From Gemmatimonadota bacterium (GTDB lineage: Bacteria > Gemmatimonadota > Gemmatimonadetes > Palauibacterales > Palauibacteraceae): 64,000 nucleotides of DNA. Within the stretch, counting starts at the first letter, position 1. Every line of letters starts with the position of its first letter. The notes below the pieces were generated by a model that saw only the letters and a list, made by a program, of their open reading frames with translations, was not told the DNA's origin and did no database searches. The position numbers and the translations under genes are program-made. Where the stretch lies: contig OZ220691.1 of NCBI GenBank assembly GCA_965116475.1, forward strand, positions 736,001-800,000. The letters are read 5' to 3'. Positions 18,223 through 28,844 of this stretch are shown here, piece after piece.

Positions 18223-19682
18223 CGCCGTATGAAGGTCGGGATCTCGAGATCCTCGAACTCGACGCGGTCATCGGTCCACGACTCGCTGTCCGGCACTTCC
18301 GGCTCCACGTCCGGCGTCACCTCTTCGTACACCGGCGGCTCGGCGGGTTCCGGCTCCGGTTCCTCGGCCAGTGCCGGCGCCGGTTCCGGCGCGGCTTCGC
18401 TTGCCGCCTCGGGCGCCGGCTCCGACACCGGCTCGGACGCCGGCTCCGACACCGGCTCGGACGCCGGTTCGGACGTCGACCCAGGCGTCGGTTCCTCCGC
18501 CGCCAGCGCCTCGAACGCGATGCCCGCCCGCTTCACTTCCGGGGGGGCCGCGGCGGGCTCGGGCTCCGGCGGCGCGACCGGAGCGGAGCGGTCGCCGACC
18601 ACGCTCGGACCGCCGTACTTCGAGCCGATGACCACCGGGGTCACCGGGGTCGCGCGAGGCCGCGGCGGCGCCGTGCTCGCGGGAATCACCCTCTCGGCCA
18701 CCGGCGCCGGCTCGTCTCCCTCCATGTCTCCAAAGCCGGTCGCGATCACGGTCACGCGGAGCTTGCCCTCGAGTTGAGGGTCGTGGACGACGCCGAAGAT
18801 CATCTCGCCCTCGTCCCCCGCCGCCTCCTGAATGATCGAGTTGGCCGTCGTGACTTCATCGATCGTCAGGTCGGGACCGCCGCTGATGTTGATGAGGACA
18901 CCCGTGGCGCCGTTGATGGATACGTTGTCGAGGAGGGGCGAGCAAATGGCCTGCTGCGCCGCCTCCACCGCGCGATCCTCGCCCGTTGCGGTGCCGGTTC
19001 CCATGAGGGCGGCCCCGCGGTTCGACATCACGGTACGCACGTCGGCGAAATCCACGTTCACTTCGCCGGTCACGGAGATCAGATCCGAGATTCCCTGGGT
19101 CGCCTGCAGGAGCACCTCGTCCGCTTTCTTGAGCGCCTGGCGGAAAGTCATCTCCTTCCCTACGACCGCGAGCAGGCGCTCGTTCGGTACGACGATCATC
19201 GTGTCCACGGCGCGCCGCAGCTCCCGCAACCCGATCTCCGCGTACCGCATCCGCTTCTTGCCCTCGAAGTGGAAGGGGCGGGTCACGATCGCGATGCAGA
19301 GCGACCCCATTTCCCGCGCCATGCCGCCGATGATCGGGGCCGCGCCCGTGCCGGTGCCTCCGCCCATTCCCGCCGTGACGAAGACGAGATCCGCGCCGGC
19401 GATCACGGATCGAATCTCGTCGGCACTCTCGGACATCGCCTGCCGTCCGATCTCGGGGCGGGCGCCGGCCCCGAGGCCTCGCGTGAGTTCCTTCCCGATC
19501 TGGACCCTCAGGTGGGCGCCGGATTCCTTCAACGCCTGCGCATCGGTGTTGACCGCGATGAACTCCACGCCTTCGAGTTCCTCATCGATCATGCGGTTGA
19601 CCGCGTTGCCGCCGGCGCCACCCACGCCGACGACCTTCATTTTCGCGTTACGCACGCCGTTTTCGTCGAATGCAAAGACCAT
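18210..19682 (-). CDS. ftsZ: Cell division protein FtsZ
   Basis: GVGGAGGNA, GMGGGTGTG, NVDFAD, long Pro/Glu linker, C-terminal DLEIPTFIRRQMD. Confidence 0.97.
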   Translation of the reverse strand: MVFAFDENGVRNAKMKVVGVGGAGGNAVNRMIDEELEGVEFIAVNTDAQALKESGAHLRVQIGKELTRGLGAGARPEIGRQAMSESADEIRSVIAGADLVFVTAGMGGGTGTGAAPIIGGMAREMGSLCIAIVTRPFHFEGKKRMRYAEIGLRELRRAVDTMIVVPNERLLAVVGKEMTFRQALKKADEVLLQATQGISDLISVTGEVNVDFADVRTVMSNRGAALMGTGTATGEDRAVEAAQQAICSPLLDNVSINGATGVLINISGGPDLTIDEVTTANSIIQEAAGDEGEMIFGVVHDPQLEGKLRVTVIATGFGDMEGDEPAPVAERVIPASTAPPRPRATPVTPVVIGSKYGGPSVVGDRSAPVAPPEPEPAAAPPEVKRAGIAFEALAAEEPTPGSTSEPASEPVSEPASEPVSEPAPEAASEAAPEPAPALAEEPEPEPAEPPVYEEVTPDVEPEVPDSESWTDDRVEFEDLEIPTFIRRQMD

Positions 19683-19698
19683 GTGTCCCCTCCTCCCG

Positions 19699-20925
19699 TC
19701 AGAAAAACTCCCGTAGCCACCCGCCGACCCTTGCGAAGGCGCGGGTCGCTCCCACCAACCCTCCGGCCGAGACCCGCGACGCACCGTACAGCACCAACCC
19801 CGTGGCGGTGCTGTAGGACGGACGCGCGAGGCCTTCCGCCATGCCCGTGAGGCCGAGTGAAGGAATGCCGGTGCGAACCGGCAGATTGAAGACCGAGCGC
19901 GCCAAGTCTTCCGTGTGGGCGAGCGACACGCCGCCGCCGCTCAACACGATTCCCGCCTCGAGTCCGCGTAGCGTTCCGCTCGTCTCCAGTTCCTCGTACA
20001 CCAGTCCGAGAATCTCGTCCAGCCGTTGTTCGATAATGTGCAGCAGCAGCTCGCGCGACACACGTCGAGCGCGCCCGTGGCGAGCCCCGGAGACGTCGAG
20101 CAGCTCCTGCGAGTCGGCCCGGTCGCGCAGCGCTCCGCCGTGTCGCTCCTTGAGTTGCGCGGCCTCTTCTTCGTGCACGCCGAGGCCGCGCGCGATATCC
20201 CGCGTCACGATCGATCCGCCCCACGGCAGCGTCGCGGCGTGAAGCAGGCGGTGTCCTCCGTATACGAGCACGTCGGTCGTCGCACCCCCGATCTCGACCA
20301 GAGCCACGCCGGCTTCGCGCTCGTCATCCTCGAGCACGGCGAGCGCCGTGGCGAGCGGCGCCATGACCAGCTCGTCCGGCCGGTATCCCGCGCGGTCGAC
20401 GACCTTCGCGAGATCGTGGCAGGTCGTCACTTCCGCCGTCACGATGCAGAGGTCCGCCTCGAGACGGGTGCCGGCCATGCCCTCGGGATCCCGGATCCCG
20501 TCACGATGGTCGACCGCGTACCGCTGGGACAGGGCGTGTATCAACTCGTGCCCGGGCGGGATCGGGACGGCCCGGCCCACCTCCTGCACGCGCCTGACGT
20601 CGGCGGCCGTGACCTCCGACCCGGCGACCTGGAGTACGCCCTTCGACCGGGATGTCCGGACGCTTCCGCTCGGCACGCTCACGTAGGCGGCCTCGACTTC
20701 GCGGCCGGCCGTGGCTTCCGCCTGTCTGACGGCGGTGCGAACGGCCTGGGTCGCCGCCTCGATATTCCCGATGCCCGGACCGTTCATGCCCTCGGAACGC
20801 GTGACGCCGAGGCCGATGATCTCGAGCGGGTCGGTGGGCTTGCGGCCCGGATGCACCGCGGCGACGACCGCACAGGTTTTGGTCGACCCCACATCCACCC
20901 CGACGATGCCCGCCCCCTGAATCAT
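19699..20925 (-). CDS. ftsA: Cell division protein FtsA
   Basis: GVDVGSTK, EIGGATT, GIVLSGGG, C-terminal amphipathic WLREFF. Confidence 0.95.
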   Translation of the reverse strand: MIQGAGIVGVDVGSTKTCAVVAAVHPGRKPTDPLEIIGLGVTRSEGMNGPGIGNIEAATQAVRTAVRQAEATAGREVEAAYVSVPSGSVRTSRSKGVLQVAGSEVTAADVRRVQEVGRAVPIPPGHELIHALSQRYAVDHRDGIRDPEGMAGTRLEADLCIVTAEVTTCHDLAKVVDRAGYRPDELVMAPLATALAVLEDDEREAGVALVEIGGATTDVLVYGGHRLLHAATLPWGGSIVTRDIARGLGVHEEEAAQLKERHGGALRDRADSQELLDVSGARHGRARRVSRELLLHIIEQRLDEILGLVYEELETSGTLRGLEAGIVLSGGGVSLAHTEDLARSVFNLPVRTGIPSLGLTGMAEGLARPSYSTATGLVLYGASRVSAGGLVGATRAFARVGGWLREFF

Positions 20926-21686
20926 CGCTCCTCCACGCGCGTCAGTACAACTTGGCCCCTGAAACGCGCGTCCGCACGTGCGACGCGGCGATCCTCAATC
21001 TGCCCGAGCGCGATCGATACCCGGTCGAGGGCGCGCAGCGGCCGGTCGCGCGGCAGCAGAACGACATCCGCCCCCGCGCCGGGCAGGAGCAGGAACCGGT
21101 ATCCACCCTCCGCCGCGGGCCCGACCTCGGAGACGAGGGACATGAAATCGCTCCGCGTGCGATCCATGCGCGAGAGAGCGAAGATGAGGTCCCGCATGGC
21201 CGCATCCGCCACGAAACCGCCCTCCGTCTCGACCGGACTCTGGACGATCGGCAGGTCGAGCGGCGCGGCGGACGGTTCAAGGGGCAGCACGTAGCCATCT
21301 CCGCTTACGGGACGCAGTTCGGGCGTCGCGACGAGCGCGACGGGACGCCGCTCCACGATGGCGATTTCGAGGGTGCGGAAGCTCTGTCGGCGCGCCGTGG
21401 CCTCGCGAACCATGGGATGGGCGCGGACGCGCTCCTCCCACCTCGCCGGGTCGTCCCACACCGATGCGTCCGGGGTCAGGGCGAGCGCCCGGATCTCCTC
21501 GGGCGGGATGTGATCGGTCCCGACCACGTGCAGTTCAGAAACCTGAAACGCGGGCAACGTCGTGAGGAGGCGCGGCACCCAGACCGGGACGGAGAGACCG
21601 ATCGAAGCGACCATCAGGGCGAAGAGGAGCCTGCGGCGTCCTCGGCGCGTGATGCGCACCGGACGTGACGGCGTGCGCCGGATCAT
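20922..21686 (-). CDS. ftsQ: Cell division protein FtsQ/DivIB
   Basis: Single TM, POTRA-like region, IVERRPVA, DARFRGQVV; between murB and ftsA. Confidence 0.85.
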   Translation of the reverse strand: MIRRTPSRPVRITRRGRRRLLFALMVASIGLSVPVWVPRLLTTLPAFQVSELHVVGTDHIPPEEIRALALTPDASVWDDPARWEERVRAHPMVREATARRQSFRTLEIAIVERRPVALVATPELRPVSGDGYVLPLEPSAAPLDLPIVQSPVETEGGFVADAAMRDLIFALSRMDRTRSDFMSLVSEVGPAAEGGYRFLLLPGAGADVVLLPRDRPLRALDRVSIALGQIEDRRVARADARFRGQVVLTRVEER

Positions 21687-22588
21687 GCGACCCCCACCCG
21701 GGCGAGCTGCGCGGCGTCGAACCCCCACAGCTGGATCTCCGGCTCCAGCGCGACGCGGAGACGCGCCAGGGCGCGGCGGCGAGTTTCCGCCATGAGTCCG
21801 ATCACGTCGGCGGCGCGCGCACCGCCCAGGTTCACGATGAAATTCGCATGTCGCTCGTGGATCCAGGCGCCTCCGATCCGGGCCCCTCTCATTCCCACCC
21901 GGTCGACGATCTCCCAGGCCGGGGGATGCGGCGGACCGGGGTTCTTCCATGTCGATCCGACCGAGGGCAGGTCGTACACCTGGTCCCGGACCTTTCGCTC
22001 CCGGAAGCTCAGGTGCGCTTCGCGGACGGCGTCCGCCTCGGCCGGCGTCCCGGCCGGCGCCGCGTCGACGCGCGCGCGTACGAACACCCAGTCGGCCGGC
22101 ACGCTCACGTGGCGGTACGCGGGCCGCGCCTCCTCGGGCCGGACCCGCACGAGTTCGCCCTCCGGCGTCACGGCTTCCGCCCATTCGACGCGATCCCAGA
22201 GCCCCTCATCCCTCGACCCGGCGTTCATCCGCAGGCCTCCGCCGACGGTGCCGGGCACGGCCTCCAGGAAATGAAAGCCCGACCGTCCGTGGCGGCGCGC
22301 GGCCTGGGCAAGCGCGGGCAGACGGGCGCCGGCCCCGGCCTCGATCGCGGTCTCCCCGACGCGGACGGCCGCAAAATCTCCCTCCAGGACGAGGATGGGC
22401 TCCGCCACCCCGCCGTCCCCGATGAGGAGGTTCGCGCCGGTCCCCAGCACGCGGCAGCCCCGACCCGGCATCTCGCGCAGCGCGGCCTCCAGTTCCGCGA
22501 TCGACCGCGGGCGCGCGAGCCGGGCGGCCGGCCCGCCGATCCGGTAGCGGACCAGGGGCGCGAGCGGAACATCACGCTCCCACCGCAT
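21683..22588 (-). CDS. murB: UDP-N-acetylenolpyruvoylglucosamine reductase
   Basis: IGGPA, LGTGANLL, PGTVGGGLRMNAG, GSTWKNP, HANFIVN. Confidence 0.93.
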   Translation of the reverse strand: MRWERDVPLAPLVRYRIGGPAARLARPRSIAELEAALREMPGRGCRVLGTGANLLIGDGGVAEPILVLEGDFAAVRVGETAIEAGAGARLPALAQAARRHGRSGFHFLEAVPGTVGGGLRMNAGSRDEGLWDRVEWAEAVTPEGELVRVRPEEARPAYRHVSVPADWVFVRARVDAAPAGTPAEADAVREAHLSFRERKVRDQVYDLPSVGSTWKNPGPPHPPAWEIVDRVGMRGARIGGAWIHERHANFIVNLGGARAADVIGLMAETRRRALARLRVALEPEIQLWGFDAAQLARVGVA

Positions 22589-24026
22589 CGCCCGCCCGCC
22601 GCTGGACCGCCGCGTGCGCGAGGTCGGTGACATCACCGGCGCCCATGAAGACCAGTACCGCCTCTCCGGCGCCGACTTCCGGCGGAACGAGGTCCAGTGC
22701 GCCCTCCCGGTCGATCGGCGCCGCGGTCGAGCCGGCCCCGCCGGTGATCAACTCCGAGGTCACGCCCGGGAGCGGCGCTTCGCGCGCGGGATAAACGGGA
22801 AGCACGCGCGCTTCGTCCGCGGTCGTCAGGGCGCGGGTGAACGCATCTGCAAAGTCGCGCGTCCGGGTGTACAGATGCGGCTGAAAGACCACCGTCAGCC
22901 GGGCGTCGGGGTACGCTCCCCGCACGGCGGCAAGCGACGCCGCCACCTCCGTCGGATGGTGCGCGTAGTCGTCGAAGACCGTGAGGTCGGGCCACGCCGC
23001 GATCATCTCGAGCCGGCGCGCCACGCCGCGGAACTCACCGAGCCCGCGCGCCGCCGCCTCCGGATCGCCGCCGAGCCGCACGGTGGCGAGGAAGGCCGCC
23101 GCGGCGTTGAGTTGGTTGTGGCGCCCCGGCACGCGGAGCCGGAGGTCGATCGTTCCGTCCGGCCAGGAGAGGCGCAGGGTGCGCCGGCCCGTCTCTTCGA
23201 GCCTGCAACGGGCCCCGTCCCCGAAGCCGTACCCGAGACCGTGCGCGAGACCGTGCTCGGAACCATGCCCGGAACCGTGCCCCGCGTCCGAGAATCCGCA
23301 CGCCTTCGCGAGCCCGCGGGCGCCTTCGTCGTCGTGGCAGTAGATGAGACCGTCGGCGTGCCGGGCCCGCTCCGCAAACTCCGCGAACGCGGCGCGGAGG
23401 CGCTGCCAGTTGCCATAGGTGTCGAGGTGTTCGGGTTCGAGCGAACTGATCACGGCGAGCGTCGGCTGGAGTTCGAGGAAGGAACGATCGAACTCGTCGG
23501 CCTCCACGATGGCGGGGCCATCGCCCAGGCGTGTAAACCCGTTCCATGCGTCGACCCGGCCACCGACGAGGACGAGGGGATCGAGCCCGGCCGCGGCCGC
23601 GGCGTGTCCGGTCATTGCGGTGATCGTCGTCTTCCCGTGCGTCCCGGCGATCCCGACGAGCCGCTGTCCGTTGAGGAGGGTGCCGAGCGCCCGGGCCCTG
23701 CGCATCACCGGGACGCCGGCGAGTTCCGCGCCGAGGACCTCCGGCTCGTCCGCCGGCACGGCCGAGCTTCGAACCAGCAGATCGACCCCGGACGTGTGGG
23801 CCGGGGCGTGCTCCCGCTCGACCCGGATCTCGTTCGCGGCAAGGTCGCCGAGGGCGTCCGCCGGGGCGCGGTCACACCCGCTCACGACGTATCCGGCGCG
23901 GTCGAGGAGGAGGGCGAGCCCGCGCATGCCGGCGCCGCCGATCCCCATCAGGTGGATGTGCCCCCCGGGCGCCGGGAGATCCGCGGTTCCCGCCGGGCGG
24001 GGCGCCCCCACCGCCGCCCCGGTCAC
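22572..24026 (-). CDS. murC: UDP-N-acetylmuramate--L-alanine ligase
   Basis: GIGGAGM, GTHGKTT, EADEFD, DDYAHHPTE, FQPH. Confidence 0.95.
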   Translation of the reverse strand: MTGAAVGAPRPAGTADLPAPGGHIHLMGIGGAGMRGLALLLDRAGYVVSGCDRAPADALGDLAANEIRVEREHAPAHTSGVDLLVRSSAVPADEPEVLGAELAGVPVMRRARALGTLLNGQRLVGIAGTHGKTTITAMTGHAAAAAGLDPLVLVGGRVDAWNGFTRLGDGPAIVEADEFDRSFLELQPTLAVISSLEPEHLDTYGNWQRLRAAFAEFAERARHADGLIYCHDDEGARGLAKACGFSDAGHGSGHGSEHGLAHGLGYGFGDGARCRLEETGRRTLRLSWPDGTIDLRLRVPGRHNQLNAAAAFLATVRLGGDPEAAARGLGEFRGVARRLEMIAAWPDLTVFDDYAHHPTEVAASLAAVRGAYPDARLTVVFQPHLYTRTRDFADAFTRALTTADEARVLPVYPAREAPLPGVTSELITGGAGSTAAPIDREGALDLVPPEVGAGEAVLVFMGAGDVTDLAHAAVQRRAGDAVGA

Positions 24027-25174
24027 GCCGCGCCCCGGTGCAGCAGCGTGAGCATCTCGCGGGCGATGTCGAGCGCCGCATCGGGCCGGCCCCGGCTCGC
24101 GGCGGCCTCCGACATCCGGGCCAGGCGCCCGTCGTCGGTGAGGATGTCGCGGCAGAGCGACCACAACTCGCCCGCCTCGAGTCCTCCTTCTTCGCGAACC
24201 TCCGCGGCCCCGGCCTCCGCCAGCGCCCGCGCGTTCGTCAGTTGGTGCCCCCCGGCCGAGGTCGGGAGCGGCACGAGCACGGCGGGCCGGCCCGCGGCGC
24301 ACAACTCGGCCAGCGACATCGCGCCCGATCGGCACAGCGCCAGCGTCACCCCATCCAGTTGCCGTCCGAGGTCGTCGATGTAGGGCACGACGCGCACCCG
24401 GTCCGCGAACGGAAGCTCCGACGTGCGCGCCGAGAGTTCGGCCGCGTGGGCCGGTCCGGCGATCCACACGACGGAGACGCCGTCCGGCCAGGCCGCGGCA
24501 TCCCGGGCCGCCCATTCCAGATCTCGCAGAAAGGCGCGGTTGAGGCCGAGCGCGCCCTGGCTCCCGCCGAAGACGAGGAGGTTCCGGCCCCGCGGCCAAT
24601 CGAAGCGGGTCCGCGCCGGCCCGGCCGACCCGTTGGGGCCCGCCGCGTCGTCCGGCCCGGGGGCGACGGGGTTCCCCAGGGCGCTCAAGCGCGTGCGGCG
24701 CCCGATCCGGAGCCGGGCCTCCGCCTCCGGGTATCCGAGGTGGATCTGATCGACGCCCGGCGCGAACAGGCGCGTCACGAGCCCGGGAGCCGCGTTCTGT
24801 TCCTGAATCGCGGCGGGGACTCCGTGCAACCTGGCTCCCGCCAGCGCGGGCCCCGCCACGTATCCCCCCGTGCCCACGACGAACCGCGGATCAAAATCCC
24901 GGAACGCGCGCCGCACGCCGGCGATGACGGTCGGAGCCGACGCGAACAGCCGCCAGTTTCGCCATGGCCGATGCCGGTACAGCGGTTGCAGCGGCAGGAG
25001 CCGGAACTCGTACCCGGCGTCGGGCAGCACGCGAGCCTCCAACCCGCGCCGTCCGCCCAGGAACACGCACTCGACATCCGGGGCCAGCCGGCCGAAGGCC
25101 GCGGCCAGGTTCAGGGCGGGATACAGGTGGCCGCCCGTGCCGCCTCCCGCGATGAGAATCCGAGGCGACGCCAT
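24023..25174 (-). CDS. murG: MurG glycosyltransferase
   Basis: GGGTGGHLYP, GTGGYV, EQN, GNPV, GGSQGA, HQLTNA. Confidence 0.95.
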   Translation of the reverse strand: MASPRILIAGGGTGGHLYPALNLAAAFGRLAPDVECVFLGGRRGLEARVLPDAGYEFRLLPLQPLYRHRPWRNWRLFASAPTVIAGVRRAFRDFDPRFVVGTGGYVAGPALAGARLHGVPAAIQEQNAAPGLVTRLFAPGVDQIHLGYPEAEARLRIGRRTRLSALGNPVAPGPDDAAGPNGSAGPARTRFDWPRGRNLLVFGGSQGALGLNRAFLRDLEWAARDAAAWPDGVSVVWIAGPAHAAELSARTSELPFADRVRVVPYIDDLGRQLDGVTLALCRSGAMSLAELCAAGRPAVLVPLPTSAGGHQLTNARALAEAGAAEVREEGGLEAGELWSLCRDILTDDGRLARMSEAAASRGRPDAALDIAREMLTLLHRGAA

Positions 25175-25177
25175 GCG

Positions 25178-26332
25178 TCAACATCTCCGCCGCGAAGCCA
25201 CGTTGAGCAGGATGCCCGTGACGCCGAGCGCGATGACGAGCCCCGTGCCGCCGGAACTGATGAAGGGGAGGCTCACTCCCGTGGTGGGCAGGAGCCCCAT
25301 CGTGATCCCGATGTGTCCGAACGCCCCGATGGCGACGATCGCCGTGAGCCCGATCGCAATCAGGCGCCCGAACAGGTCCGGGGCGGACTTCGCGATCCGA
25401 AGTCCGAGGTGCGTCCACGCGAGGAAGAGGATGAGCATCGTCACCGCGCCCACGAACCCCCATTCCTCGGCAATAATCGGATAAATGAAATCGTTCTGCG
25501 CTTCCGGCAGGTAGTGGAGCTTCTGTGTGCTCTCACCGTAACCGGCGCCCAGGATCCCGCCCGAACCGATCGCGATCTGCGCCTGCTGCAACTGATAGCC
25601 CGCGCCGGACGTGTCCGCCTCCGGATTGAGAAACGCCAGGATCCGCGTGAGCTGGTAGCTGTTCGAGAGCACGAGCCACGCCACCCCCGCGCCGATGGGC
25701 AGCGCGAGGAGAAGGAAGTGCCGGATGCGCATTCCCGCCGCGAAGAGCACGGTGGCCGCCAGCGCGGCCGTGATCAGCGTCGCCGAGAGGTGCGGCTCCG
25801 CCACGATGAGGACGAGCAGCGGGCCGAGGACGAGGAGGAACGGGAGCACGCCGCTCCGGAAGCTGTCGAAGTCCCGCTGCTTGCGGACGGCGAGCGCGGC
25901 CGTCCAGAAGACGACCGCGACCTTGGCCAGTTCGGAGGGCTGGAAGGTCGCGGGCCCGAGCATCAGCCAGCGGCGGGACCCGTTCCGGACGGGCGCGATG
26001 TCCGTCGTGGCGGGGAGGATCATGACGACGAGCAGGGCCGCGACCACAAGGAGGATCGGCCACGCGAACCGCCGGTACCAGCGATAGTCGATGAAGGCGG
26101 CGACGATCAGCGCCACGAGACCGACGGCGGCGCGGGCCAGCTGGCTCATGAGCACGTGGTTCCCCGGCAGTCCGCTCTGCTGCGCCGCGAAGGAACTCGC
26201 CGAGTAGACCGAGAGAAGCCCGAACACGACGAGGACGAGGGTGATCCCGATGAGCGCATTCCGCACCCAGGCCGGCGAACCGGCGAACTCCTGAACGCGC
26301 GGGAGTTCCCGCGAAATTGCGTGGTCCGTCAC
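25178..26332 (-). CDS. ftsW: SEDS family peptidoglycan polymerase FtsW
   Basis: NGSRRW, FQPSELAK, GYQLQQA, LPEAQNDFI, LPFISSGG. Confidence 0.94.
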   Translation of the reverse strand: MTDHAISRELPRVQEFAGSPAWVRNALIGITLVLVVFGLLSVYSASSFAAQQSGLPGNHVLMSQLARAAVGLVALIVAAFIDYRWYRRFAWPILLVVAALLVVMILPATTDIAPVRNGSRRWLMLGPATFQPSELAKVAVVFWTAALAVRKQRDFDSFRSGVLPFLLVLGPLLVLIVAEPHLSATLITAALAATVLFAAGMRIRHFLLLALPIGAGVAWLVLSNSYQLTRILAFLNPEADTSGAGYQLQQAQIAIGSGGILGAGYGESTQKLHYLPEAQNDFIYPIIAEEWGFVGAVTMLILFLAWTHLGLRIAKSAPDLFGRLIAIGLTAIVAIGAFGHIGITMGLLPTTGVSLPFISSGGTGLVIALGVTGILLNVASRRRC

Positions 26333-27738
26333 GTCGCCCGCTCCGAGGCCGCGCCTTCGTACGATTCGCGGACGCACCGCTCGAACGTCCGGCCCCGCTT
26401 CCGGTAATCGGGGAACATGTCGTAGCTGGAGCAGGCCGGGGAGAAGAGGACGACGTCACCGGGCCGCGCGGCCTCGCGAGCGAGACGCACGAGCTGCCGG
26501 AATCCGCCGGCGACCTCGACCGGCGCCACGTCGCCCAGTTCCCGGACGATCTGCGGCGCGGCCTCTCCGAACGCGACCAGGGCCCGCGCGTTCTCGCTCA
26601 GCGCCGGCGCGAGCGACCGGTAGGACTCGCCCTTGTGCCGGCCTCCGAGAAGCGCCACGAGCGGCCGGTCGAACGCGTTGAGGGCGACGCGCGTCGCGGA
26701 GACGTTCGTTCCCTTGGAATCGTTGATCCACAGGACGCCCTCGAACTCGCCCACCCTCTGGAGCCGATGGGGGAGCCCCTGGAATGACGCGAGCCCGGCT
26801 CCGATCGCCGCGGCCTCGCAACCGGCGAGCGCCGCCCCCAGACCCGCCAGGAGCGCGTTCATGACATTGTGCACGCCGACCAGCGGCAGGTCGGCGGCCG
26901 CGATCCACGGCTGCGGCGCCTCGCCGGCTTCGAGACGCTGGACCATGTGCCCGGCCTCGTCCAGCCATGCCCCCGGTTCCTCGTGGGGCTCGATCGAAGC
27001 GAGGTAGCGGCACCCGGCGGCCGGTTCCGCCATGGCGAGCACGGCCTCGTCATCGCCGTTCAGGACCCAGCGGCTGTCGTCATCGGCGTTCGCGAACAGC
27101 CGCGCCTTGTCCTCGTAGTAGCGCTCGATGCTCGAATACCAGTCGAGGTGGTCCGCGGCGAGGTTCACGAGTATGCCGACCTCGGGCCGGAACGCCTGGA
27201 GATCGGCGAGCTGAAAGGAACTCAGTTCGACCACGAGCCAGTCGGGCTGCCGCTTCATCAGCGGAATCTCGGAAAGCGGGCGGCCGATGTTCCCCGCGGT
27301 GAGCGCGTCCACGCCGGCCTGCTGCAGCAGGTGCCCGCAGAGCGCCGTCGTCGTCGTCTTGCCGTTCGTGCCCGTGATGCCGATGACCCGCGAGCGGAGG
27401 TGGCGATAGGCGATCTCGATTTCGGCCACGGTGGGCACGCCGGCGTCCGCCACGGTCCGCCGGATCTCCGCGTTCGGCGAGATTCCCGGACTCGTCACGA
27501 CGAGGTCGGCGTTCAGGATTCGCTCCACGTCGTGCCGTCCCACCTCCGCGTCGATGCCCTCGGCCGCGAGGGCCTTCACGGCCTCGCGCTGCCGGGGACC
27601 CTCGAACGCATCGCTCGCGTACACGTCCGCTCCGAGCGCGTGCAGGAGCCGCGCGGCGGCCGTCCCCGACACGCCGAGCCCAAGCACGGCCACGGGCTCG
27701 CCGGGTCTGAAGAGCGGAGGACGACGGTCGTCGGCCAT
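26329..27738 (-). CDS. murD: UDP-N-acetylmuramoyl-L-alanine--D-glutamate ligase
   Basis: GLGVSG, GTNGKTTT, ELSSFQL, NDSKGTN, SPACSSYDMF. Confidence 0.95.
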   Translation of the reverse strand: MADDRRPPLFRPGEPVAVLGLGVSGTAAARLLHALGADVYASDAFEGPRQREAVKALAAEGIDAEVGRHDVERILNADLVVTSPGISPNAEIRRTVADAGVPTVAEIEIAYRHLRSRVIGITGTNGKTTTTALCGHLLQQAGVDALTAGNIGRPLSEIPLMKRQPDWLVVELSSFQLADLQAFRPEVGILVNLAADHLDWYSSIERYYEDKARLFANADDDSRWVLNGDDEAVLAMAEPAAGCRYLASIEPHEEPGAWLDEAGHMVQRLEAGEAPQPWIAAADLPLVGVHNVMNALLAGLGAALAGCEAAAIGAGLASFQGLPHRLQRVGEFEGVLWINDSKGTNVSATRVALNAFDRPLVALLGGRHKGESYRSLAPALSENARALVAFGEAAPQIVRELGDVAPVEVAGGFRQLVRLAREAARPGDVVLFSPACSSYDMFPDYRKRGRTFERCVRESYEGAASERAT

Positions 27739-28844
27739 CAGCGGATCTTGAGCGTCGCCAGGCCGATGAGCGCGCAGATGACGCCGACGATGTAGAAGCG
27801 CGTGACGACCTGCGTCTCGGGCCAGCCGAGTTTCTCGAAGTGGTGGTGGAGCGGGGCCATGCGGAGCAGGCGGCGGCCCTCGCCCCACCGCCGGCGGCTG
27901 AACTTGAACCATCCGGTCTGCAGGATCACGGACAATCCTTCGAGGACGAACACGCCCCCGACGATGACGAGGAGGAATTCCGACTTCAGGAGCACGGCGA
28001 CGGCGCCGATCGCGCCTCCGAGCGCCAGGGACCCGGTGTCACCCATGAAAACCTGCGCGGGATGGGCGTTGAACCAGAGGAAGCCGATCGCCGCCCCGGC
28101 CAGCGCGGCACAGAACACCGACAGTTCCCCGGCTCCGTTGAGGTACAGGACGCCGAGATAGGCCGACGTGTCCACCCGGCCGATCGCGTAGGCGAAGGCG
28201 CCGAAGGTGAGGGCGGCGATCGCGGCGAGCCCCGTGGCCAGCCCGTCGAGACCATCCGTCAGGTTCACCGTGTTCGCGCTTCCGGCCACGACGATGGCGA
28301 CGAACAGCGGGAAGATCGCCGGCGCGAGGACGACGGTCAGGTCCTTGAAGAACGGGAGCATCGTCTGCGTCGCCCCGTAGGCGGACAGGGGCTGCCAGAG
28401 GAGGAAGCCGCCGAGCGCCAGGCCGAGGACGAACTGCCAGATGAGCTTGTACCGCGCGATCAGGCCGCGCGAGTGCCGCCGCACGATCTTCAGATAGTCG
28501 TCCATGAAGCCGATCGCGCCCATCCAGGCCGTGACGACGACCGCCACCCACACGTAGGTGTTGTCCAGGCGGGCCCAGAGGAGGGTGGGCAGGAGACAGG
28601 CGGCGAGGATGATGATGCCGCCCATGGTCGGGGTCCCCGACTTCTCGAGGTGCGTGGCCGGCCCCTCGCCCCGCACGACCTGGCCGATGCCGTGCTTCCT
28701 TAGTCTGCGGATCACCCCCGGTCCGATGATGAACGCGGTCAGGAGGGCCGTCACCATGGCGCCGGCCGCGCGGAACGAGATGTACTGGAACACGTTGAAC
28801 AGGATATGCTGGTCCGCGAGCGGGAAGAGGAAGCGGTAGAGCAT
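27738..28844 (-). CDS. mraY: Phospho-N-acetylmuramoyl-pentapeptide transferase
   Basis: GTPTMGG, DDYLK, NLTDGLDGL, FMGDTGS, APLHHHFE. Confidence 0.96.
   Translation of the reverse strand: MLYRFLFPLADQHILFNVFQYISFRAAGAMVTALLTAFIIGPGVIRRLRKHGIGQVVRGEGPATHLEKSGTPTMGGIIILAACLLPTLLWARLDNTYVWVAVVVTAWMGAIGFMDDYLKIVRRHSRGLIARYKLIWQFVLGLALGGFLLWQPLSAYGATQTMLPFFKDLTVVLAPAIFPLFVAIVVAGSANTVNLTDGLDGLATGLAAIAALTFGAFAYAIGRVDTSAYLGVLYLNGAGELSVFCAALAGAAIGFLWFNAHPAQVFMGDTGSLALGGAIGAVAVLLKSEFLLVIVGGVFVLEGLSVILQTGWFKFSRRRWGEGRRLLRMAPLHHHFEKLGWPETQVVTRFYIVGVICALIGLATLKIR

Noticed and set aside
18231..18730. Long Pro/Glu/Ala C-terminal extension of FtsZ as a novel domain
   Set aside because: Consistent with the known variable disordered linker ahead of the conserved C-terminal peptide.
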